64,000 nt of DNA from Octopus vulgaris (GCA_951406725.2 OX597842.1:21204001-21268000), one strand, 5' to 3'. Numbered from the stretch's first letter, positions 42,545 to 57,503 are shown. Numbers and translations are program-made. The notes: generated by a model not told the origin, from the letters alone.

Positions 42545-42575
<31 letters not shown>

Positions 42576-42600
42576 GTATATATATATATATATATGTATG

Positions 42601-42656
<56 letters not shown>

Positions 42657-42668
42657 TGTATGTATGTG

Positions 42669-42699
<31 letters not shown>

Positions 42700-42718
42700 G
42701 TGTATATATATATATATG

Positions 42719-42749
<31 letters not shown>

Positions 42750-42804
42750 GTATGTATGTGTATATATATATATATGTATATATATATATGTATATATATA
42801 TATG

Positions 42805-42843
<39 letters not shown>

Positions 42844-42862
42844 GTATATATATGTATGTATA

Positions 42863-42904
<42 letters not shown>
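42130..42904. repeat. (TA)n microsatellite with recurring TGTATGTATGTG interruptions
   Basis: Seen directly. Confidence 0.99.
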
Positions 42905-42913
<9 letters not shown>

Positions 42914-43084
42914 AAATTGAGATAGGGGTTGTAAATGCAACCCTCCATGGGGTAACATATATCCAATATACTGCTAGTGAAGTACCCAACAAAGTTAATA
43001 CATAAATGTTAAGAATTGCGATACAATTAATTCATTTATTGTATTATATGGGCAAAGGTAAAATGTTTTACCACAAATTCATAA

Positions 43085-45782
43085 TACAAAATAAGAAAAT
43101 GGAGAAATACATCGAAATCAAATATCAATTACCAGATAATACTCAATCACATACTTTATTAAACCACCACATAAGAAACTATAAGGTTAAACATAATAAT
43201 ACAGGGTAAAACAGTGTACATGAAGGAGTGTACATAAAATAGTAATGTTATACAATAAGTAGAATACGTATAATAGAAAATAAATATAAGTACACATAAA
43301 TATAAATATAGACTACATCTTACAGCTGTTTCGGCCATGTAGATAAGCATGTCTCATTAACTTATATTAGCCATTTATGGTAGGTCAATATGTAGTTATA
43401 AATGAGACATTTACAAAAATATCCTAAGGCCTCTTCGGAGATTACAAATTAGATTACATTCATACTTATATAGGTGTGGGTACATGCCCATAATAAAACA
43501 TATACATATACATATGAGTGCATATACTCATACTCCTATACATATAAATATACATATACATAATGATATAAATAATATAAATTAATAAACATACATATGT
43601 TCCACATTCAATGTTACAGTTTTTCAACTTCAATATTGTGATAATTACAATGTAGAAAAACATACACATATTAATACCTAAATGCAGATATAGAGAGTCA
43701 AGATTACATTCTATTAATTCTTATTAATTTCCAAAATGTCATTAATGTTAGCATCATTAACATTGTCGTTACCACTAATGCTACCAATATCATCATTCAC
43801 ATTATTATTAATAACGCTAATACTAGAGAAACAATACATAGATTCCATTATTAGCAATATAGTCACAATAGTACTACAATACCATGCAAAGTGTTAGATA
43901 TCTGCATATACATACGAAATATGAAGTACCAGCATTCCGTTTACACTACATTAAGATCCACAGGTGCACATATGTAAGTCCGAGTTCAAGTTTATAATTT
44001 TCCTTGTGACATAAATACACTATTATTTCAGAAATAATTACGGATCTAGCGCTAAATTATGATTGGCCTGTGGATTTGAATTTAAATTACCATTGTCTTC
44101 CTTACGGTTGGTTTGAGAGCGTTAGGTTTCTACTACACTAGCGTAGGCATGGGAAAAACTATACCAACATTTGTACACACACACATACATGCGCACATCC
44201 GCACATATACATATACATATATACGCTCATGCACTGTGTCTGCAAACATTCGCATATACTTATATACACATTCAAATATGCATTTGCGTCCTCATACGCA
44301 TAAGAAAAACATATACATATATATCCAACCATGAATATACATATCAATACAAAAACATACATACACATGTATATACATATGAATACATTCCGACATATCC
44401 ACATATATTTACTAAGTTACAAATCATATGTCTGTCATCGAGTGGCTTATAGATAAGCCAGCGCAGGCAGGGAAAGCTATAGCAGCGTTTATACACTCAC
44501 ACACACACTCACACGCACATCCGCACATATGTATAAACATTAATACACTCCCATATACTGTGTCTGCAGACATTCGCATATACATATATACACATTCAAA
44601 TATATACATGCGCACCCATATGTATAAGAAAAAAAAAAAATATATATCCACCCATGAATACACATATACATACAAAAACATACATACACATATATATATA
44701 CACATATGGACACATTTCGACGCATAAACATTAATACATTTTCATGTACTGTGATTGCAAATATTCGCATAAACATATATACATATTCAAATATGTACTT
44801 GCGTACTCATATGCATAGGAACAACATATACCCTTATATCCATTTATGAACATATATATACATGCAAACACATACATACACATACATATATATATATATG
44901 AACACATTTCGACATTTCTACCTATATTTACTAAATTACAAGATATATGACTGTCCATCAAAGGACGTATACATGCATACACAATAAGTAAGCAGAAATT
45001 ACTATTAATTAAGATATGAGTAAATTAATTATAAATTAATAAGTGCCAACAAAAAAAAAGAAGAATGAATGAATAAATAAATAAATGAATAAAAATACAA
45101 ATAAAATAAAAACATAAATAAATAAATAAGTAAATAAATAAATAAATAGAAATATATATGTATATATATATCTATGTATAGATAAATATAATAAAATACA
45201 AATTAAGATGAGTACAAAGATAAACTTAATATATAAGGCTGCCCAACAAATACACGCAAAAAAAAAAACAACCTTATATGCTTATCGACATAAACAACAT
45301 ATACTAATTATAGACTCACATTTGTTAAATATTGGTATAGCAAAAACCCAAACCAGTGCCATTAGATATAATGTGCCTATACACCCTACACCCATAAATA
45401 CTCTGTGGAGATCAGAATATCATGCATATATCAGAATAACTACATATTTCAGTATATTTTCCACTATATTTTTCAAGCCGGAACAAAAACAATCAATATA
45501 GAACATATGTATGGAGATACAAAATTATAAATTATAAATTATATATTATAAATTATGAGGGCCAGTAGTACAGTCCTACATAGAGGAATGTAAAAGGACT
45601 ATTGGTAGAAAAATTAGGTGCTTACTATTTTATGTACACTCCTTCATGTACACTGTTTTACCCTGCATTATTATGTTTAACCTTATAGTTTCTTATGTAG
45701 TGGATTAATAAAGTATGTGACTGAGTATTATCTGGTAATTGATATTTGATTTCGATGTATTTCTCCATTTTCTTATTTTGTA
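43085..45782 (-). mobile_element. Same family, copy 2, bounded by ~160-bp inverted repeats (43086-43245 / 45622-45782)
   Basis: Inverted terminal duplication, hammerhead at 43317-43442, internal degenerate tandem repeats at 44150-44960. Confidence 0.6.
43317..43442 (-). ncRNA. Hammerhead motif homologous to 15021-15147 with a core substitution (CCGAAGA); probably impaired
   Basis: Minus strand reads atct-CCGAAGA-ggcc..atgtctcatt/aatgagacat..ggcc-GAAA-CAGCTG-TA-agat. Confidence 0.75.
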
Positions 45783-45793
45783 CATACATATAT

Positions 45794-45889
<96 letters not shown>

Positions 45890-45942
45890 GTATGTATATA
45901 TGTATATATATATGTATGTATATATGTATATATATATACATG

Positions 45943-46000
<58 letters not shown>

Positions 46001-47124
46001 CATACATACTTATATACATATATATATACAAATATATATAAATATATATATATATGTATGTATGTATATATGTATGTATGTAGATATGTATGTATGTATA
46101 TATGAATGTATATATATATATATGTATATATATACATGTATATATATATATCACACACACACACACTTACGTGCTCAAACACGCGTACGCACACACATGA
46201 ACACATATACACGCGCTCGTAGACACCATGCGCACGCGCACACACACACACACACACACGCACACACACGCACGCACACACATATATTTCCATATCTGTG
46301 ACTTGTGTTTGTCCCAAGTCACCGCTTCATTTTCGGTTTTAATACACTCCCATATACTGTGTCTGCAGACATTCACATATACATATATACACATTCAAAT
46401 ATATACATGCGCACCCATACGTATAAGAAAAAAAAAAAAAATATATATATAATCGACTTAATCCCTTTGTCTGTCTTTGTTTGTCCCCTCTATGTTTAGC
46501 CCGTTGTGGACAATAAAGAAATAAGAAGAGTGAAATGTGTTTCTTTTGACATTCACAATAACAACTAACATATTTTGCATCTGGTTCACCCCTGATATAT
46601 TGGGAACAAATATGCAAATATTTGTAGTGTCTAATTTTACATCCACTACATCGAATGTGTATCATCTACCAAATCCACTCACAAGGCTTTCATGAAACCA
46701 AGACTATAGTGAAAGACACACACCTAAGGTGACATGCAGTGAGATGGAACCCAGAACCATGTGGTTGGGAAGAAAGCTTCTTATGACACAGACTACCTTC
46801 ATTATTCTACAGTTTTGTTACAAGTAATCCCTGAAATCAATGTATGTTCATACCAGAGAGAAGCTGTATCATGTTCAGATCTGTGGTAAATAATTCTGTT
46901 AAAATAGTCACTTGACTAATGGCTTCAGACAAGAGAGAAGCCATAACATTACAATATCTGTTGTAATTTATTTTCTGTAAATGGTGTTTTAATTATACAT
47001 GAATATGTTCATACCAGAGAGAAGCTATGTCACGGTTATATTTGTGGTAAATCATTCTCTCGTAGACCTAACTTAACCGTATGTCAATGCATTCCTTCAA
47101 GAGAGAAGCCATGTCAGTGTGACA

Positions 47125-48835
47125 TCATCATCGTCGTCATCGTTTAACATCCGTTATCCATGTTAACATGGGTTGGACGGTTCGACCGGGGATCTGGGAA
47201 GCCAGAAGGCTGCATCAGGCCCAGTCTGCTCTGGCAGTGTTTCTACAGCTAGATACCCTTCCTAATGCCAACCACTCCATGAGTGTAGTGGGTGCTTTTT
47301 ACGTGCCACCAGCGGAGGAGGCTGGTAATGGCCACAATCGGTTGGTGCTTTTCACTTGCCACTGACACAGAATCCAGTCAAGGCGGTGCTGTCATCAGCC
47401 ACATTCGGATGGTGCTTTTTTATGTGCCACTGGCATGGGTATCACGACTACAATTTCCATTTGATTTTCATTTTGATGTTGATGTACTTGACTCAGTAGG
47501 TCTTCTCAAGCACAGCAGGTTGCCCTACGATCCAAGGTACTTTTGAGTGAGCTGGGGCTGGTTCTGTACAACTGGTGTGAACTCACTTTATTTGCTGGGT
47601 CTTTGCAGTCACAGCATATCTCCAGAGGTCTTGGTCTTTCGTCATTGCCTCTGGGAGGCCCAACATTCGAAGGTCATGCTTGACCACCTCATCTGATATC
47701 TTCCTGGGTCTACCTCTACCCTGGATTCCTTCAGCTGTTTGAGAGTGGCACTTCTTCATACAGCTCTCCTTATCCATCTGTTGTACATGACCATACCAGC
47801 GCAAACGTCTCTTTTGCACGCCACATCCAATGCTTCTTATGTCCAGCATTTCTCTCAGGGCATTTACACTCTGTTGTGTGTGCACACTGACATTACACAT
47901 CCAGCGGATCATGCTAGTTTCATTTCTTTTGAGCCTACGCATGTTCTCAGCAGTCATGGCCCATGTTTCACTGCCGTGAAGCATGGCAGTTCGCACACAT
48001 GCATTGTACAATCTACCTTTCACTCAGAGTGAGAGGCCCTTTGTCACCAGTAGGGATAGAAGCTTTCTGAACTTTGCCTAGGCTATTCTTATTCTAGTGG
48101 TGACACTCTCTGAGCACCCACCTCCACTACTAACTTGGCCACCTAGGTAGCGGAAGCTATCAACTACTACTAGTTTCTTCCCCTGGAGTGTAATGGAATC
48201 TGTTTTCTGAGTATCAATGGTGTCTTTTGCCCCTGTGCATCTGCTGCACATGAAAGCTATCTTCTTGGTTAATTTTCCTTTGATGTTGCTGCACTTCTTA
48301 TGTGTCCATAGCTTACACTGGGTACATTTTATGGAGTTTCTACCTACATCTTTTCTACAGATCGAGCAGGGCCTAAGGGGGTGTGTGATGAGTTCGCCTT
48401 CCTACTTACTAGAACTTTGGTCTTTGCTACATTGACCCTAACACCTTTTGATTCTAAACCTTGCTTCCACACCTGAAATTTCTTCTCTAGTTACGGTAGT
48501 AATTCTGCTATGAGGGCCAGGTCATTAGCATAGAGGAGCTCCCAAGGGCAACCTGTCTTGAATTCCTCTGCTATTACCTGGAGGACTATGATGAATAAAA
48601 GGGGACTGAGGGCTAATCCTTAGTGGACCCCTACTTCTACCCGGAATTCTTCACTATACTCATTGCCAATTCTAACCTTACTAATGACCTCTCTGTATAG
48701 GGCCTGTACAGCCCTTATTAACCATTAGTCAATCCCCAGTTTCTGCATCGCCCACCTGATAAGGGATTGCGGGATCCTGTGAAAGGCTTTCTCCAAGTCC
48801 ACAATAGCTATGTATAGGGGTTTATCTTTGGCTAC
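47125..48835 (-). mobile_element. RTE-type LINE 3' half, same family, decayed
   Basis: VDLEKAF, MLHGSETW and LRWYGHV motifs; same 3' UTR and (GAT)n tail. Confidence 0.9.
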
Positions 48836-49272
48836 ATTAGTGTTGCAGATTTCAACTATATATATATATATATAGTTGAACAGTGCCAGAGACCAGGACC
48901 CACAGCTTAGCTGATATAAATCCAACAATCACAAAAGTTACCAAAATTACGCCAGCAGACGCCGACCAAGAATCATTACTGTTGCTCCCATTGGAACACA
49001 AGGTAAAATCTATAATGAACTCCTCGCCTTTTCAAGAACATGGATTTTTTATATTTGACTCTATTGAATGTGTGTCACAATTATGAACTGTTCCATCATA
49101 CTCTTTAAACATATAGCATGGACTCTCTTTATTATCTAAAAAAATTTTTTTGATAAGTTTCGTTATTTCAAGAACTGAAACATGTAAAATTAAAATTTAT
49201 CTAATATAGCGGCATTTTCAAACTTCATTTTTTACAAATATATATATATATATATATTTATTATATAGAAGG

Positions 49273-49323
49273 AGCTTCTACAGGACTAGAACTGTTTCAT
49301 TCAAGAGAAATCTTCAGGAAGCT
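49273..49323 (-). ncRNA. Inverted identical copy of the hammerhead at 50362-50412
   Basis: Exact reverse complement inside the ~225-bp inverted repeat. Confidence 0.75.
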
Positions 49324-49478
49324 AGTTAACAAGAATTGTATTGGCATTTATACATTTAGGCAGGTTTAAAGGGGTGTTGGTGGGGGACTTTTTGGGGGTA
49401 GGCATAGCGCAAAATATCATACTTGGTGGAGTGGTCAAGGAGTCAGTGTTAAATTAGATAGAAGAATAAATAAAAAAT

Positions 49479-49515
<37 letters not shown>

Positions 49516-50145
49516 AGGGGGATAGAGTTTTAGGTAAATAAGGAGATTCTCACTTATACCTATGCACATATGTATACATATATACACACGCATACAAACA
49601 TATACATATACATACACACATACATACACACACATATATATATATACATATATATACACTTACACATACATATACATATCTACACATACACATATATGTA
49701 TACATACACACACTCACATGCATACACGTATACACACATGTATATATACACACACACGACAACACATACATATACACACAGAAAAATATATATACACATA
49801 CACACACATACTCACATACACGCATACACACACAAATCCACACACACACATGCACACCTAGCACACTAGTCCCTATATACACATATATACACATACACAC
49901 ATATATATATACATATACATACATACACACACATACATATACATACACACACATATATATATAGATACATATATATATATATATATACATACATATATAT
50001 ACATACACATGTGTACCCATGCATATCTACACATACACACATATATATATATATACACATACAAATACAGACCCATTCCCTAATTTTAATTTTATTATCT
50101 TCGTTTATTACTTTTGTTATCTTTGGCCGCTTGGTCACAAACATC

Positions 50146-50191
<46 letters not shown>

Positions 50192-50361
50192 TATTTTTTA
50201 TTTTTTATTTTTTATTTATTCTTCTATCTAATTTAACACTGACTCCTTGACCACTCCACCAAGTATGATATTTTGCGCTATGCCTACCCCCAAAAAGTCC
50301 CCCACCAACACCCCTTTAAACCTGCCTAAATGTATAAATGCCAATACAATTCTTGTTAACT

Positions 50362-50412
50362 AGCTTCCTGAAGATTTCTCTTGAATGAAACAGTTCTAGT
50401 CCTGTAGAAGCT
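50362..50412 (+). ncRNA. Type I hammerhead ribozyme (GUA site)
   Basis: agcttc-CTGAAGA-tttctcttgaat-GAAA-cagttctagtcctg-TA-gaagct: 6-bp stem I and cag/ctg stem III, but a U-U pair at the base of stem II. Confidence 0.75.
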
Positions 50413-50495
50413 CCTTCTATATAATAAATTAATTTTACTCTGCTATGTATTGAGTACCTTATTTACTGTGGTTAACCCCGAATCAACCCGGGACC

Positions 50496-50497
<2 letters not shown>

Positions 50498-50593
<96 letters not shown>

Positions 50594-50631
50594 GTATGTA
50601 TATATATATGTATATATATATATATATATAC

Positions 50632-50669
<38 letters not shown>

Positions 50670-50677
50670 GTATGTAT

Positions 50678-50710
<33 letters not shown>

Positions 50711-50792
50711 ATATATATATATACATATGTATGTATATATATATATATATATATACATATGTATATATATATATATATGTATATGTATATAT

Positions 50793-50876
<84 letters not shown>

Positions 50877-50885
50877 CATGTATAT
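50498..50885. repeat. (TA)n microsatellite
   Basis: Seen directly. Confidence 0.98.
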
Positions 50886-51094
50886 AAATTAGAGAAGGGC
50901 CACCATGTAGCAATTCAACAATGATATACTTAAATCATACCATAGAGAAAAAAATTAAAGATACGATAAAACATTTACCTAGAACTAAATAAAGTACGAA
51001 ATAATTAATAAATAAATAGTATATAATTAGTGAGGATGTGTTTCAGTTTTCATTTGTGAATGTATGTTTATGCACATGTAATATATTATATATA

Positions 51095-52070
51095 TGTAGT
51101 GAATTTGGCAAGCATGAAGTGGATCTGATCCACCACAGCCAAATTTAAATTAACAATGCAACAGAAGATAGAGATATAAGCACAGTTATATGTGCAGCCT
51201 ACTTATTGTCTCTACTTATTCCCGCGCCACTGGCCAAAGCCAACCAATCACGGCCTTTGGTTAAGGTCCCCTTTTCCTAGGATCTGTTGAGCCACCTTAC
51301 TTGTATATAAAGGAGTGTTCTCAGTATACTTGGGTCTTTGGTTCTAGTCCTTCTAAGGACTAACCTCTGACCACAGAGCTACTCAACATGTTCCAGTCAC
51401 AGCGACAGACGATCACCCACGACGACGCTAATGTACATCCGCTACAGAACGCCTTCTATCTCCGCCGCCGTCGTCACCATCTTTGTACCAACTTCAAGTC
51501 GTCTCAACCATCGTCCACTTCAGACATATACACTCCAACTTCACAGATCCGCGCTGTTAGAGTGAATCCCTTCACCAAGTAGAAACAGTCCATCTGAAGA
51601 ATTCTATATTAAGAGAACCAGCTCGGCGATTGAGACCACGACCTCGGCTCGACAATAATTCGCCCAACCGGTCTCCGCCCGAGACACATCTTGATATTGA
51701 ACTCTTACATATCGTGTACCTTATGAACTGTAAACCAATTTCCATCATTAACTCTATGCTCTGTACTTTCTGTGTCACACGCATTCACCCTTATTGTATC
51801 TGTCACACACACACGAACACACAGACACAAACACTTGTTGCATGCACACATACACAACACTTGCTAGCACTCACAACCTTCTAACCTTAACACCATTGTA
51901 AATAAAATCTTATCTTCTCTCAAACAGTGGAACGGCTCGTCGTCTTTCATCTATATTCTGTTGGCACTGCATTGTATAAATTGTATTTATGGCTTATCTT
52001 ATTTCGTTAGGGATGCGACCGTGTGACTTACCTACGTCGCCAACCTCCACATACGGTCGTATTTCCTACA
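51095..52070 (+). mobile_element. Probable solo LTR
   Basis: Starts TGTAG and ends CTACA; CCAAT (~51245), TATATAAA (~51304) and AATAAA (51901) occur in LTR order; no clear TSD. Confidence 0.6.
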
Positions 52071-52432
52071 CATGTATGTATATAAGTATATATGTATGTG
52101 TATGTATTTATATATATATGTATGTACGTGTGTGTGCATGCATGCATGTATATATATATGCATGCATATATGTATGTATGCGTATGCATGTATGCAAATA
52201 TATATGTATCTCTGCATCTATGTATGTTTGTAAGTATATATGTACGTATGCATGTCTGTATGTACGCATATATGTATGTATGTGTGTATGTTTGTATGTA
52301 TACATGTAATTATGTATGTATGCATGCCTGTATGTATACCTGCACGTAGCACGTATGTACGTATGTATTTATATGTGCATTTCTCTGTGTCTATGAATAT
52401 ATATATATACATACATACATATATAAATATAT

Positions 52433-52506
<74 letters not shown>

Positions 52507-52587
52507 TTGAAAGTGAGAGGAAAAGAGAGAAATACGTATGTACATATATATATGTGTGTGTGTATATATATAACTATCTATATATAT

Positions 52588-52652
<65 letters not shown>

Positions 52653-53689
52653 AGGGGAGGGAGAGAGAAGAAGTTAATGATAATGCGTGTTGTGGTTGCG
52701 TACACATGGTGTTCCGAATTTAAGGCAACCAAAGTTAGGACTTTAATAACAATCAATAGATGCGATAAGATATGAAAACCATACATCATTATAAAAGCTT
52801 ATTGTGTCTTGTGTTTGCTTCAGACTAAATAAATTCACATTTATAGATTAGATAATGGTTATAGACCGAAATACAACCATAATACTCCAGAAGGAGGCGA
52901 AAGTAATACAACTATAACCTGTCTATCGCATAAAACTCAAATTTTCCCACATTCCTCACCATGGCAACCAAACGGTAGCCCCGAGCGACTTGCAACCCCC
53001 CTCATACCATTGCCAACCCCCCTCATACCATTGGGGCCAATCTGACTCCATCTAAACAGCTCCCATCCCAAAATGAGACAAATAACCAAGAAATCAAACA
53101 ACTTTTCGCATTTCAGCTTCATAGATATTGATAATGGATATAGACATAAATACAATCATAACAGTCTACAAGGAGGCGAAGGTGTAACACAACTATAGCA
53201 AAAGATTTTTTAGAAGTAACTGAACAACAGTCTAGAAAATTGTCAAAAAATTTTAAGAGATTGATTCCACGGCTGGGCGCCCTGGACGTGGCCAAAAAAG
53301 AAATGTGCGGACCCTTCAGCTTATCAAATGTATCAAAGAGAAGACACGGTGAAATCTTCGTCGTTCCCTCAGAAAACTGGATGCTACAGTAAAAATAAGC
53401 TGAACATCGGTGTATCCAAGCGCTGAAGGAGTGTCTCAGGACCCAACGATAAAAGATGATCCGTTGTCATGAGCTCACACAAGTTTACAAAGCCATGGAA
53501 CTGGAGAGGAATCGTCTTAGCATGCGTGATGAAAAGGAATTTGACACCGAATAGACAGTAAACTAGCAGAATGGCCAGCCTTGGTGTGTATCTGGCTCCG
53601 TCGAGGGTGGATCGATAAATTGACGTCAATATGTGATGTTTGCGTACTACTTCCAACATAAAACCGAGCGACCATATCCATAACAGTGA

Positions 53690-54220
53690 GGTACTATCAA
53701 AATGCAGCATATCAGGTACTAGAGCCATCCTCATCACCATACAGCTGAGATGGTCAGGTCATCTCTCACGTATCGCAAAGCAACTTCTCTTAGGCCAATT
53801 CCTATAAGGAAGGTCAGTTGGAAGGTCACACCTACGCTTCAAAGGCAAACTAAAAAAACAATCTGAAGCGATGCAACATGCCCATTTCTCCCTGGGAAAC
53901 CAAAGGACCGGATCACAGAAGCTAGTACTAGACCTTCTTCTCGTCAGGTTTGAGAATAATCGGCTCCAACAAAGGTAACAACTTCGTGCAAGCATAAAAG
54001 TACGCTGGCAAAACACTGCTCCACTAAATAGAAACCTCGCGTGTCATTGTGGTTTTGGGACACGAAGCAAAGCAGGCTTTATTGTCCGCTGAAGAAAACA
54101 CATGGTAAATGATCCAGAAGCACTGAAACAAAGTGAGCACTCAACTGGTTTGATTTGCCAAAAGATTTTCAAGGCAACAGGGGGCATCAAGAGACACATT
54201 CGCACCGAAAGAACATGGTT
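53690..54220 (+). mobile_element. Decayed RTE (BovB-like) C-terminal fragment
   Basis: QLRWSGHL.R and GR..LRFK..LK remnants plus CxxC..H finger remnants. Confidence 0.6.
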
Positions 54221-54276
54221 AACGCTTTATTTTACTGAACCTCCATTTGTCGTTCACGACAAGATTTCATCTTGTG

Positions 54277-54312
<36 letters not shown>

Positions 54313-54388
54313 TACATATATACATACATATATACATACATATATATATATATATGTATGTATATATATATATATGTATGTATATAAG

Positions 54389-54460
<72 letters not shown>

Positions 54461-54479
54461 CATACATACATATATAAAG

Positions 54480-54805
54480 ACCCCCTTCGTCATGAATGAC
54501 CATGGGATTGCACCTAGAGAGTTACCCTCCTAGACACAAGTCCGGGCAAGGTTGTTTATGGAAGACCAGCAGTCGCCCATGCATACCAGCCTCCCCTCTC
54601 CACGCCACCAGTGTTATCCAAGGGAAAGACAAAGGTCGATACAGCTTGGCACCAGTAACGTCGCAACTCATTTCTACAGCTGAGTGAACTGGAGCAACGT
54701 GAAATAAAGTGCCTTGCTCAAGAACACAACACGCAGCCCGGTCCGGGATTCGAGCTCACAACCTCACGATCGTAAGCTCGACGCTCTAACCACTGAGCCA
54801 TGCGC
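54480..54805 (-). mobile_element. tRNA-derived SINE
   Basis: Minus strand gcatggctcagtggttagagcg..ctcgaatccc..ttgagcaaggcacttt. Confidence 0.85.
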
Positions 54806-54850
54806 ACACACATATATATATATATATATATGCATATATGTATGTATATA

Positions 54851-54896
<46 letters not shown>

Positions 54897-55751
54897 TATA
54901 TACATGTATATATATCACACAGACACACACACTTACGTGCGCAAACACGCGCACGAACACACATGCACACATACACACGCGCTCGAAGACACCAGGCGTG
55001 CGCGCACGCACGTACACACTCGCAGACGCACACACACGTACACACATATATTTCCATATCTGTGACTTGTGTTTGTCCCTGGTCACCGCTTCATTTTCGG
55101 TCTTGGCTGTTCACGTCATCGTAACTTAGCAATTCGACAAAAGGAGAACGAAGGAATGAGTAGCAGTCTGAAGAGAGATAAGCCCAGCCGTCGGTGAGTG
55201 TGAGTAAACACGTTGATGTGGTGCTTCAGCTTGGTGGTTGTCCAAGAATTGAAACATGTAAAGGTCGAACGATAAAATCTATTTTGCAGATAAATTGTGT
55301 CAAGGGAGAGAACTCTCAAATGTAAACCACCTATACTTAAGAGTAGTCTCCCTTAACAGGTTAACTTCAGAAAATGGCAGACAAGCGGTTTCGAGGCATT
55401 GTTCAAGGGATATAACTCTCGTACAATATATTTGTGAGTAGTCTCCCTTAACACCAAACGACACGTCAGCGTTATAGTGCAGAGGGTGAGAGATGGAGAT
55501 GGAGAGAGGCAGACAGACAAACAGCCGGACAGACACGTAAATCGGTGAGTGAAGGATAGACACATATTCTGTGTCATTCCATAAATAATGCGGGTTTTTA
55601 AAAATTTATTTTTCAAAATTAAGATAGGCAGAGTTTTTGTAAAATCTGAAATTTTCTACATATATATATATATGTGTGCGTGTATGTATGTATATCTGTG
55701 TGTGTGTATATATATTTATATATATATGTGTGTGTATATATATTTATATAT

Positions 55752-55793
<42 letters not shown>

Positions 55794-55850
55794 TACACAT
55801 ACACACGCATATATATATATATATATATATGATTAAATATATGTATGTAA

Positions 55851-55935
<85 letters not shown>

Positions 55936-56131
55936 TATATACACATATTTATATATATTTTTTTTCTTCATTTCATTCCATCTAATTTCAGCTCATGAGC
56001 TGTGGCCATGCTGGGGCACCGCCATTTCAAAATTTGTCAACAACCTGCCATGGGACTTGAACCCAGATCCCTTGGAGATGTATATATGTATGTATATATA
56101 TGCATACATACATACATTCATATATACATAC

Positions 56132-56208
<77 letters not shown>

Positions 56209-56312
56209 CAAAACGTACTGGAAAGAGGATGCGTGACGTATGTTGTGTGTGTGTATATATATATATATATGTATGTCTTATGTATGAATGTAGGGAGGTA
56301 GGGAGGTACATA

Positions 56313-56830
56313 CAGTAATGCCTCGATATACAAGTTAATTTCTTCCTAGAGATCGCTCGTAAAGCGAAAACTCGCAAAACGGTGCCATAATTTCCCATAA
56401 TAGCAATGTTATAAGTCGTTCCCAGAAAAATATTTTATCAATAAAATTTATAATACTCGAAAATAAATGACAATGAAACAACAGCAGAATGTAAAGAATA
56501 TTTTATGTAAAGTACTTATAATAATAAGAAGTATTATTATTAGAATAGTTTTCTGAATCACTGTCACTCGCATTAGACTCACGCACACCATCACTTGAAA
56601 ATGTGATCACCGATTCACAAGCACTCGTAGACGGACTTGTAGATTTCTTTTTAAAACACAAGTCTAGAATTGTTTGCTTAGAAGTCTCTTTTTCTTTTCA
56701 CTCTCTATAAATTTCTTGGTAACACACACAAGCATTTGTTACGGTAGAGGTCTCGAAATTTAAGTGCATTTTCAGCAACACATTTTCCTATATATTTCTT
56801 TTCCAGCTTGGAAACACCACTCCCTCTTTT
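56313..56830 (-). mobile_element. pogo/Tigger-like DNA transposon end
   Basis: TA|CAGTAATGCCTCGATATAC terminus typical of Tigger TIRs; the second TIR was not found. Confidence 0.5.
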
Positions 56831-56835
56831 GCTAA

Positions 56836-56870
<35 letters not shown>

Positions 56871-56946
56871 TGTATGTATGTATGTATGTATGTATGTATG
56901 TATGTATGTATGTATGTATGTATGTGAGCGTGTGTGTATGTATGTA

Positions 56947-56982
<36 letters not shown>

Positions 56983-57126
56983 TGTATGTATGTATGTATG
57001 TATGTATGTATGTGTGTATGTATGTATGTATGTATATGTGTATGTATGTATGTGTGTGCGCGTGCGTGTGTGTGTATGTATGTTTGTATGCATGTATGTA
57101 TGTATGTGTGTGTATGTATGTATGTA

Positions 57127-57161
<35 letters not shown>

Positions 57162-57472
57162 GTGTGTGTATGTATGTATGTTTGTATGCATGTATGTATG
57201 TATATATATGTGTGTATATATGTATGTATGTATGTACGTATGTATGTATGTGTGTATATATGTATGTATGTATGTATGTATGCATGCATATGTGTGTATG
57301 TGTGTGTGTATGTCTGTATGTATGTATGTATGTATGTGTGTATGTATGTAAGTATGTGTGTATGTATGTAAATATGTGTGTATGTATGTATGTGTGTATA
57401 TATGTATGTATGTGTGTATTTATGTATGTATGTGTGTATGTATGTGTGTATGTATGTATTTATGTATGTATG

Positions 57473-57500
<28 letters not shown>
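56836..57500. repeat. (TATG)n microsatellite; the CR1 element is inserted into it and the tract resumes near 60578
   Basis: Seen directly on both sides of the LINE. Confidence 0.97.

Positions 57501-57503
<3 letters not shown>

Larger units (their letters stand above)
49257..50429. mobile_element. Near-perfect ~225-bp inverted repeat pair (49257-49482 / 50205-50429), each arm carrying a hammerhead; Penelope-like inverted pLTR
   Basis: Direct reverse-complement comparison; the spacer is mostly CA/TA microsatellite. Confidence 0.7.

Noticed and set aside
49143-49192. Additional hammerhead (TTGATAA..GAAA-CATG-TA)
   Set aside because: The topology fits but the core has two substitutions; at best a decayed relic.
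54730-54805. tRNA genes (also near 2625, 7490 and 61105)
   Set aside because: A/B boxes continue into SINE bodies and no complete cloverleaf is evident.
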